Assembly: GCA_965249575.1 (NCBI GenBank)
Contig: OZ252244.1
Coordinates: forward strand, 3,168,001 to 3,232,000
DNA from: Gemmatimonadales bacterium
GTDB taxonomy: Bacteria; Gemmatimonadota; Gemmatimonadetes; Gemmatimonadales; GWC2-71-9
Direction: 5' to 3'
DNA length: 64,000 bases
The position numbers were made by a program, and so were the translations under genes. Numbering within the stretch: the stretch's first letter is position 1; each line of letters starts with the position of its first letter. Shown one piece after another: positions 51,452-59,397 of the stretch. A model generated the notes under the pieces. The model was not told the origin of the DNA. It saw only the letters and a list, made by a program, of their open reading frames with translations, and searched no databases.

Positions 51452-52848
51452 GGTGGAAGGCAGCTTGGTTTAGACGTGTGACCCTGCCTCCGTTGCTCGG
51501 TCTGGCGATCGCCACCGCGCCGGGCTGGCTCATCGCGCAGGATAGCGTGCCGCCCCTCGATCAGGAGGGCGTGCGGGTCGGCATCACGTACACGCCGGGA
51601 CTGCGGCCTGGGATGCTGGTTCTTGGCGGCACGCGGGATCAGCGCCTCGATTCCGTGCGTGCGATCATCCAGCGGGACCTCGACTACAGCGATCGGTTCG
51701 AAATCATTCGCCTCCCGGGTGGCGACAGCCTCACCGTTGGCCTGGCGGCTCCGGGCCCGGACTCGGGGATAGGTGCGGCCGGGTCGGCCACCACGGAAGC
51801 AGAGGCGACCTTCGTAAACTACCCCCTCTTTGGGGCCCTGGGTGCCGATTACGCCGTGAACGTGAGCGAGTCCCTTGACTCCGCACTTGAAGTGACGGTC
51901 TACGACGTGCGGGGGGCCGGTATCCGTCGCGAGGTTCAGATTGGTCATATTCCCCCATCCGGTTCCGATTTCCGGATGCGGGTTCATCGAGCCAGTGACG
52001 AGGTCGTGCGAGCGGCAGCTGGCGCGGCCGGCATCGCCGCCACCCGCTTGCTCTTCATCCAGCGCGGTCGCGTGTACCGCATCGATTCGGACGGGGCTGA
52101 GCCGGCGGCATTGTCACCGGGCCGTGGCGGCGCGATGTCACCGACCTGGGCTCCCGACGGCCGGAAGGCCGTGTACATGGAGTTCTCGGAGGGCGCTGGC
52201 AGACTGTATGTCGTGGATGTGACGGCGGGAACGCGTCAGCTACTCGCGCCGACGGCGGACCAGCTCAACTTCAGTCCCGCCTTCGCCCCGGACGGGCAGA
52301 CGCTGGTCTTCGCCAGGGCCACGGGTGAGGGCACCGATCTGTATGCGTACAACCTCGCCCGGGACTGTTGCTTAGAGCGCTTGACGGTAGGCCGCTTTTC
52401 AGATAACCTAACCCCCACCCATAGTCCGGATGGACGCCGCATCGCGTTCGTATCGACCCGCGCGGGCGCGCCACAGGTTTATGTCATGGCCGCGGACGGG
52501 ACGGGGCAGGAGTTGTTTGCCCCGTTCGACTATGGTGTGACCGGAAGCTCGAACGCTCCGGAGTGGTCGCCGGACGGCCTGAACCTCGCGTTCCATCGGG
52601 AGGTGGCCGGTAGTCCGCAGGTGTTCGTAATGGACGTGGCCTCTCGGCGCGTCAAGCAGTTGACGAGTGCCGGGCGGAATGAAGACCCCACGTGGGCCCC
52701 GGACGGGCGCCACATCGCTTTCGTCTCTAGCCGGACGGGCTCGCGTCAGCTGTGGGTCATCGATCTCGATACGGGACGCGTACGGCAGCTCACGCGGCTT
52801 GGGCAGGCGCGGCTGCCCTCGTGGTCCCCCCGGATCTCGCAGCCCTAG
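51448..52848 (+). CDS. tolB: TolB beta-propeller protein
   Basis: RDLDYSDRF; repeated PD40 units (PTWAPDG, PAFAPDG, SPDGRRIAFVSTR). Confidence 0.9.
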   Translation: MRWKAAWFRRVTLPPLLGLAIATAPGWLIAQDSVPPLDQEGVRVGITYTPGLRPGMLVLGGTRDQRLDSVRAIIQRDLDYSDRFEIIRLPGGDSLTVGLAAPGPDSGIGAAGSATTEAEATFVNYPLFGALGADYAVNVSESLDSALEVTVYDVRGAGIRREVQIGHIPPSGSDFRMRVHRASDEVVRAAAGAAGIAATRLLFIQRGRVYRIDSDGAEPAALSPGRGGAMSPTWAPDGRKAVYMEFSEGAGRLYVVDVTAGTRQLLAPTADQLNFSPAFAPDGQTLVFARATGEGTDLYAYNLARDCCLERLTVGRFSDNLTPTHSPDGRRIAFVSTRAGAPQVYVMAADGTGQELFAPFDYGVTGSSNAPEWSPDGLNLAFHREVAGSPQVFVMDVASRRVKQLTSAGRNEDPTWAPDGRHIAFVSSRTGSRQLWVIDLDTGRVRQLTRLGQARLPSWSPRISQP

Positions 52849-52872
52849 AACCTAAGATTGGAGCGATCGACA

Positions 52873-53508
52873 ATGCGACTCAGCCTACCAATGACACTCG
52901 GTGTCGCCGTGATACTAGCGGCGGCGGCTTGCGGCGGCTCACCCCCTCCCGCACCACCACCGCAACCCAACGCTGACTCTATCGAGGCAGCGCGCCGAGC
53001 CCAGGCGAGGGCGGACTCGATTGCCCGGGAGCAGGCGCGCCGGGACAGCATTGCCCGCGCCGAGGCGGAGAGAGACCGCATCCGGCGGCAAGGAGAGGCC
53101 GATTCGCTCGCGGCCCTTCGCAGTGAGACCGAGGCGGTCAGAGAAATGCTGGCCAGGAGAGTGAATTTCGATTTCGACCGGTCGAACATCCGGCCTGGTG
53201 ACGCGCAGGTGCTCGACCAAAAGCTCGCGATCCTGCAGGCGAATCCGGCGCTAAACATCGAGATCGCCGGACACTGTGATGAGCGCGGGTCCGACGAATA
53301 CAACCTGGCTCTCGGTAACCGGCGGGCGCTGTCTGCCAAGCAGTACCTGACGAGCCGGGGAATCGCCGACAACCGGGTCAGCACGCGGTCATTCGGCGAA
53401 GAGCGACCGATGGATCAGGGGAGTAATGAGGCGGCGTGGGAGCAGAACCGCCGAGATGAGTTCACCATTGCCGCCGGCGGGAACGTCCTGAAGCGTCCTG
53501 GGATGTGA
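52873..53508 (+). CDS. pal: Peptidoglycan-associated lipoprotein
   Basis: Lipobox AAAC; FDFDRS, GHCDERGSDEYNLALGNRRA, QNRRDEF. Confidence 0.93.
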   Translation: MRLSLPMTLGVAVILAAAACGGSPPPAPPPQPNADSIEAARRAQARADSIAREQARRDSIARAEAERDRIRRQGEADSLAALRSETEAVREMLARRVNFDFDRSNIRPGDAQVLDQKLAILQANPALNIEIAGHCDERGSDEYNLALGNRRALSAKQYLTSRGIADNRVSTRSFGEERPMDQGSNEAAWEQNRRDEFTIAAGGNVLKRPGM

Positions 53509-54296
53509 CGCGGGTCTTGGTCGCCGCGAGCGTCGCGCTGAGTGCCTGTGCGCTCAAGGGCGATGTTCGGAGAGTTGAACGCGAGGTTCAGGAGTTGCGT
53601 GAGCAGACGGCCCGTGCCGATTCGGCACGGGCCGTCGAACTCGTTCGTATTCTCGCGCAGCTAGCGAGCATTCAATCCGTCGTTCTCGATTCCCTATCGT
53701 CCCACCAGCGCCGGTTCGCCTCCTTTCAAGGTGGTGTCGTCGGCGACCTGACCGAAGTACAACGGCAACTGGTACTGATCCAAGAACTCACCGGCCAGAG
53801 CCAGCAGCGTCTCTCCGAGTTTCGGAGGCAGCTCGAACGACGCGCCCAATCCAGGACGCCTCCTGCGACCCCAGTTCCCGCCGATTCGCTGTGGCCAGAC
53901 GATTCGCAGATGATCGAGGGGCCGGGACCCGAGGAGCTCTACGACGTTTCCCTCCAGCAGCTCCGGCGTGGGAGTCCGCAGACCGCGCGCCTGGGGTTCC
54001 AGACCCTCCTCCGGGAGTTCCCGTCGTACGACCGGGTGCCCGACGCGCGGTTCTTCGTCGGGGAGACGTGGGGTATCTCCAATCCAGACTCCGCCGCGGC
54101 CGCGTACGAACAGGTAGTGAGAGAGCACCCCGAATCCCCGCGGGCCCCGACGTCCCTGTACCGACTGGGGCTCCTGGCCGAGCAACTAGGTGATGGTGCC
54201 GCCGCCCGCATCTATTACCAGCGGGTACTGGCGGGCTATCCGAGATCCGACGAGGCGCCACTCGCGCGCAGCAAGCTCCAGGCATTGGGTCGCTGA
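53505..54296 (+). CDS. cpoB: Tol-Pal system protein CpoB/YbgF
   Basis: Lipobox LSAC, coiled coil, C-terminal TPRs; follows pal. Confidence 0.82.
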   Translation: MTRVLVAASVALSACALKGDVRRVEREVQELREQTARADSARAVELVRILAQLASIQSVVLDSLSSHQRRFASFQGGVVGDLTEVQRQLVLIQELTGQSQQRLSEFRRQLERRAQSRTPPATPVPADSLWPDDSQMIEGPGPEELYDVSLQQLRRGSPQTARLGFQTLLREFPSYDRVPDARFFVGETWGISNPDSAAAAYEQVVREHPESPRAPTSLYRLGLLAEQLGDGAAARIYYQRVLAGYPRSDEAPLARSKLQALGR

Positions 54297-54323
54297 GGGC
54301 TCGCCTCGCCCGCTAACCGTGGA

Positions 54324-57300
54324 ATGGCGAAAACGAAACCCACGGGCGAAATGCCCTTCTTGGATCACCTCGAAGAGCTCCGATGGAGAATCTTGTGGAG
54401 CCTGCTGGCGCTCATCGCGGGCTCGGCCATTGGCTTCTATCTTGTGCGGAATCACGATGTCATCGAGCTGCTGAAGCAACCGATCGTCGACTTCCTCCCT
54501 GACGGCAAGCTCTTCGTCGTCAGACCAACAGACGCCTTCTTTCTCACCCTGAAGCTGGCCATAGCCGTGGGGGCGGTGCTCGCCTCCCCCATCATCGCCT
54601 GGCAGCTGTGGGTCTTTTTGTCGCCTGCGCTGTATGAGAAGGAGAAGCGCTACGTCGTGCCGCTCCTTGCGGGGGGCTTTGTGCTCTTCGTGGGCGGCGC
54701 GGTCATGGCGTATCTCTGGGTCCTGCCGGCCGCGCTCTGGTTTCTCTATGGATTCGGTTTCGGCGATCTCGAGTGGATTATCACCGCCGACCACTACTTT
54801 GGGTTCGCCATTCAAGTCATTCTCGGGTTCGGACTCGCCTTCCAACTGCCGCTGCTGATGATGCTCCTGGCACTGATCGGGCTGGTGACACCCGAGTTCC
54901 TGGGACGGAACCGGCGGTATGCGTTGCTCGTGGTAGCCGTTGGAGCCGCGCTGCTCACCCCGCCCGACGTCGTGTCCATGGCGATGATGATGGCGCCACT
55001 CGTCTTGTTGTACGAGATCGGGATCCTCCTGGCGAAGGGCGTGACGCGCCGGCGGAACCTTCCCTCGACCGGTGCGGTGCTCGTCCTCGTTGGAACCCTC
55101 GTGTTGGACGGAGGTGCCCTTCAGGCCCAACAGCGGGCTGGGGAGGGGCTGGCCCGGGATACCGTCCAAGGAGTGGGCGTGGGAGCCGGTGCGGACAGCC
55201 TGGAACCCCGGAGGAGCGGCGAACCCATCGACTCTGCTGCCGCCGGCCGGCTCGGCCTCCCCACGGGCCCGTCCCGGACGCTGCCCACCGCCGACTCGGT
55301 GATGCGAGGACTCGTCGATCTACCGGGTTTCCGCGCCACGCGGTTCGCCGCCGACAGCCTCACCTTTCATGCCAAGACCCAAAGAATCGATCTTGCCGGA
55401 TCGGCCCTCGTCGAGCGAGAGGGCAGCATGCTCGAAGCGGCCACCGTGAGCTTTCTCCAGGCCGAATGCCGGATCGACGCGGCGGGAGAGCCAAGGCTCT
55501 TCGATGGGGGGACCGTGCTGATCGGTGAAGGCATGCAGTACGACACCTGTGAACGCCGCGGTATCGTGGCGAGAGCACTAACCAAGTTCGATCAGTCTGG
55601 TGTGGAGTGGTTTCTCAGGGGACACTTGGCGATCGACTCGGCCTCGAGCCGTATCTACGCGCGGCGCAGCTCGATCACGAGCAGCGATCTCCCGCTCCCC
55701 GATTACCACTTTGCGGCCGGCCGAATCAAATGGGTGTCCAATACGGTCCTGGTCGCACGCCCCGCGGTCCTCTATGTGCGAGATGTTCCGATTCTGTGGC
55801 TGCCGTTCATTTTCCAAGATATGCGGCGCGGCCGGCGTTCGGGGATGCTCATCCCGCGCTTCGGGATCAACGACCTCGTTCGGCCGAATGCAGGCTATCA
55901 GCGGCACATTTCCAATATCGGCTACTATTTCGCGCTCAACGACTACGTCGACCTCCAGGCGTCGCTGGACTGGTTCTCCGGTGGATACGTGTCGCTTAAC
56001 GGGCAACTGCGCTATCGATGGCTCGATCGCTTCATCTCAGGCGGGGTGTCGTTCTCCAGGATCTACGAGTCGGCGGTCGATGAAGCCCCGGGCAGCCGGT
56101 CTCTACGGCTTCAGCTCAGCCACCAGCAGTCATTCAACTCCCGGACCCGGATCAATGCCAGTATCGACTACGCCACCAGTGCGCGGGTCGTCGAGCGAAA
56201 CACGGTGGATCCCTTTCTGGCGACGGCGAACCTCCGCAGCTCCGCGAACTTCAGCAAACAATTCGATTGGGGGTCCCTCTCGGTCGGCGGGAGTCGAACA
56301 CAGGATCTGACGAACGATTTGGTTACGCGGGCGTTTCCCAACGTCAATTTAACCCCGGTCCCCATCAATCTCTCTGAGGCTGTGACGTGGTCGCCCACCT
56401 TCAGCTTCGCGACGAACAAGACGTCCCACCAAGCAAGCGGCGTCATCGATCTCCCCCCGGTCGGTGGGGTACCGCAGCAGGACTCGCTGTTCTCGAGCAA
56501 CACGAACACGACGATGCGACTGTCAACGCCGCTGCGAGTGGGACGGTGGAATTGGCCGAACGACTTCAACGTCACGCATATGGTGAACGATCGGCGGAGT
56601 ACCCTGACCGTCGAGGACCCGATGGACTCCACACTCTCGTCCGTTCGGTTCTACGGGGAAGACTTCTCGACCGCCGTCGACTGGAACACCTCGATCGGCC
56701 TCCCGTCGCTCTTCTCGTCGACGTGGAAGCTGCAGCCGTCTATCGGCATTCAGAACTCGACGTCCGGACCGTTCATGATCCGAAACCGGAACACGAACGG
56801 GCGTTTTGTCAGCCAGGGCAAGCGGTTGTCGTTCGCCGCGTCGCTCACGCCCACGATTTTCGGGTTCTTCCCCGGTGTCGGGCCACTGTCTCGGATCCGT
56901 CACGCCGTTTCGCCGCAGCTTCGATGGGGGTACGCGCCGTCGGCGACCGTCCCCGAGGACTTCGCGCGGGCCATGGACCCTACGGGGAGGCGGGTGATGT
57001 TGCAAAGCAATCCCGTCCACACGATCGGCGCGAGCATTTCCCAGACTTTCGAGGGAAAGTTCCAGCCTCCGCCGGGAGACACCACGGGTGGGCAGAACGC
57101 CCGGAAGATCAAGCTGTTGAGTGTGCAAACCTCGTCGATCGAGTATGACTTCGAGCAGGCGAAGGACGATGGCCGTTCTGGGTGGCGAACGCAGTCCTTG
57201 TCCAACCAATTCACGAGTGACCTGCTGCCTGGTTTCAGCGTGTCGACAACTCACGATCTGTGGGATGGCCCGGTGGGGTTCGACACGACCCGCTTTTCCC

Positions 57301-57854
57301 CATTCCTGACCCGGGTCTCGGCGCGGTTTCGGCTCTCGGCGTCGACGCTTGCGGGGCTCATCGGTCTCATTACGGGAAAGCCCAGACCCGCCCCGCCCCA
57401 GGCGACCGTCGACACGGTGGCTAGCGAACCGGGGGTCCAGCAGGAAATCCTGCGGCGACCCGGTCCCACTTATCGTGCAGTTGACCAGGTGACGTCCCGC
57501 GGCGGCAGAGGCCAAGGGTTCTCGGCTGCCTTGACCTACGACGATTCCCGCACCCGTCCGCAGGCGGGTGCCACGTCGGTCGGGACAGGGGAGCTGGTCA
57601 ATCGGACCCTCGGCATGGCGATCTCCTTCTCCCCGACCCGGAATTGGTCAGTGTCTTGGGACACGCAATACAACCTGACGACGAAGGAATTCGGACAACA
57701 CGTGGTCCGGTTGGACCGTGATTTGCGGCGCTGGCGCGCTACCTTTTCGTTCATCAAAGCACCGAACGGCAATTTCGCCTTCAACTTCTTCATCAATCTC
57801 ATCGATCAAACAGACATCAAGTTCCAGTACGATCAACGAACGATCAAGCGGTGA
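54324..57854 (+). CDS. tatC: TatC - internal signal peptide - LptD-like beta-barrel fusion ORF (1176 aa)
   Basis: aa 1-239 are TatC (EMPFLDHLEELRWR, PALYEKEKR, FGLAFQLP, TPPD, LYEIG). Then TRRRN + hydrophobic stretch + ALQAQ. The remainder is LptD-like (PDYHF, PILWLPF, RRSGMLIP, GYYFALNDY, RDLRRWRATF). No in-frame stop. Confidence 0.88.
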   Translation: MAKTKPTGEMPFLDHLEELRWRILWSLLALIAGSAIGFYLVRNHDVIELLKQPIVDFLPDGKLFVVRPTDAFFLTLKLAIAVGAVLASPIIAWQLWVFLSPALYEKEKRYVVPLLAGGFVLFVGGAVMAYLWVLPAALWFLYGFGFGDLEWIITADHYFGFAIQVILGFGLAFQLPLLMMLLALIGLVTPEFLGRNRRYALLVVAVGAALLTPPDVVSMAMMMAPLVLLYEIGILLAKGVTRRRNLPSTGAVLVLVGTLVLDGGALQAQQRAGEGLARDTVQGVGVGAGADSLEPRRSGEPIDSAAAGRLGLPTGPSRTLPTADSVMRGLVDLPGFRATRFAADSLTFHAKTQRIDLAGSALVEREGSMLEAATVSFLQAECRIDAAGEPRLFDGGTVLIGEGMQYDTCERRGIVARALTKFDQSGVEWFLRGHLAIDSASSRIYARRSSITSSDLPLPDYHFAAGRIKWVSNTVLVARPAVLYVRDVPILWLPFIFQDMRRGRRSGMLIPRFGINDLVRPNAGYQRHISNIGYYFALNDYVDLQASLDWFSGGYVSLNGQLRYRWLDRFISGGVSFSRIYESAVDEAPGSRSLRLQLSHQQSFNSRTRINASIDYATSARVVERNTVDPFLATANLRSSANFSKQFDWGSLSVGGSRTQDLTNDLVTRAFPNVNLTPVPINLSEAVTWSPTFSFATNKTSHQASGVIDLPPVGGVPQQDSLFSSNTNTTMRLSTPLRVGRWNWPNDFNVTHMVNDRRSTLTVEDPMDSTLSSVRFYGEDFSTAVDWNTSIGLPSLFSSTWKLQPSIGIQNSTSGPFMIRNRNTNGRFVSQGKRLSFAASLTPTIFGFFPGVGPLSRIRHAVSPQLRWGYAPSATVPEDFARAMDPTGRRVMLQSNPVHTIGASISQTFEGKFQPPPGDTTGGQNARKIKLLSVQTSSIEYDFEQAKDDGRSGWRTQSLSNQFTSDLLPGFSVSTTHDLWDGPVGFDTTRFSPFLTRVSARFRLSASTLAGLIGLITGKPRPAPPQATVDTVASEPGVQQEILRRPGPTYRAVDQVTSRGGRGQGFSAALTYDDSRTRPQAGATSVGTGELVNRTLGMAISFSPTRNWSVSWDTQYNLTTKEFGQHVVRLDRDLRRWRATFSFIKAPNGNFAFNFFINLIDQTDIKFQYDQRTIKR

Positions 57855-57951
57855 CCGCTGTCCCCGGGAATGGACACTTCGCCCTGGCCCGCTCCGACCT
57901 GTATAGCCGTAACAACATATCGTAGAATCGGTTAGCGCGAACCATGGCGGA

Positions 57952-57967
57952 TGGCATAATCCCTGCT
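57952..57967 (+). promoter_or_regulatory. sigma54 -24/-12 promoter candidate
   Basis: TGGCATAATCCCTGCT (GG-N10-GC) with an AT-rich upstream tract, 36 nt before ATG 58003. Confidence 0.55.
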
Positions 57968-58002
57968 TTTTCTGCCGATTGACTCTAGACTTGAAGCCGA
58001 CC

Positions 58003-59163
58003 ATGGATCGCAAGACTCTCGTTGGGACCGCGTTGATGTTGAGTGTCGTCGCCTGTGACGATGTCCTGGGGCCGAGCATCGACGCACCGACGAACCTCGT
58101 GTACGAAGTGGAAGTTAGTGGTGACCCGACGACGGCGCCCGCCGGTCTCCTGCTGGTGTGGGACGCCATAACCGACCCCGCGCTCGAGGTGTACCGGGTC
58201 TATTCGCGCGCGGATAACCAGAGCGACTTCGATCTTCGGTCATCCACGACGTCAACGACTTTTCACGACGTGGGACAGCCGGATCTCGAGTACTACGTGA
58301 CGGCCGTCGCGGATGACGGCGAGGAGAGCGATCGCAGCAACGTAGTGCTGATCGACGAGCGCCTGCGACTCGAGGCGCCGACGTCGCTGTCGAGCATCAC
58401 GCTGAACGGCGCGATCCATTTGCATTGGTCGGACAACGCGTTCACGACCGGTGGCAACGCCTTCAAGCAATACCGCGTGTACAGCACATCGTACTCGCTG
58501 GATCAGGACCTGTGTGGTGTGACTTGGGTGCGGGAGGGCACGACCGTGTCCCCGGAGTTCTTGGTTGCATCACTAGAGAACGGCATCTCTTGGTGCTACG
58601 CCGTGTCGGCGGAGAGCATTGAGGGCTTTGAGAGCCTGTGGTCGCCCTCGCGGGCCGATACGCCCCGTCCGGACGCGCGGAACCTGCTCATGTATCCATA
58701 TCAGGTCGACCCGACACGCAGTGGGTTCCGCTTCTTCGAGGACGTCAACAACGACGGCCAGGCCGGCGCGCTGGAGCTTGGTGTGATTGCCGACGGCGAT
58801 CGATTGGACATCGATTTCACACTCGATCGGATTACTGGTGATACGATTGTGATGTCGCCGATTCGCGGCGGCACCGGCGTGGTGGATGTCGGGCTGGTGG
58901 ACGACCTGACGGACATCGATTTCGCACCGGCCATGGGATTTGAGACGACCGGCATCACGGCGGAGCCAGGAGTTGGGTACGTATTCGAGATGGACGGTGG
59001 AGACGGATTCGCGCGCTATGGGGCCCTTCGCATGACGCACGTCGGGCGTGAGTTTGTGATCTTCGATTGGAGCTATCAGACGGATCCTGGCAACCCCGAG
59101 CTGAGCATACATGGGGGGCTGCCCACCTCGGCTGGGCGGGGAGTCACCGTCGTGCCGAAGTGA
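58003..59163 (+). CDS. Surface lipoprotein with fibronectin type III-like repeats
   Basis: Lipobox VVAC; two APTxL...W...YRVYS...Y-V-A...G-ES units. Confidence 0.78.
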   Translation: MDRKTLVGTALMLSVVACDDVLGPSIDAPTNLVYEVEVSGDPTTAPAGLLLVWDAITDPALEVYRVYSRADNQSDFDLRSSTTSTTFHDVGQPDLEYYVTAVADDGEESDRSNVVLIDERLRLEAPTSLSSITLNGAIHLHWSDNAFTTGGNAFKQYRVYSTSYSLDQDLCGVTWVREGTTVSPEFLVASLENGISWCYAVSAESIEGFESLWSPSRADTPRPDARNLLMYPYQVDPTRSGFRFFEDVNNDGQAGALELGVIADGDRLDIDFTLDRITGDTIVMSPIRGGTGVVDVGLVDDLTDIDFAPAMGFETTGITAEPGVGYVFEMDGGDGFARYGALRMTHVGREFVIFDWSYQTDPGNPELSIHGGLPTSAGRGVTVVPK

Positions 59164-59313
59164 TGGGACCACGCCAGCAGGAGCTCCCGCCCCCGCCTTA
59201 CCCGGATGGGCCGCCCCGGCCCTAGATTGGACACGTGAGAGGTTTGGCCGACCCATCCCTCCTCACTCCGTGCCCGACCTACACCAGCGACACGTCGGAA
59301 TCCTGCACCCGCC

Positions 59314-59375
59314 TTGTCACTCGTGCAGTGGCCCCGTAATTTGCGTGGTTGAGGCAGTTTGGGTGTGTCAACCAC
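59314..59375 (+). promoter_or_regulatory. sigma70-type promoter and leader hairpin for the TPR gene
   Basis: TTGTCA-17-TAATTT (59314-59342); stem gtggttga/tcaaccac (59345-59375). Confidence 0.45.
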
Positions 59376-59397
59376 CGTCAGCCCCGCGAGGTGAGCG

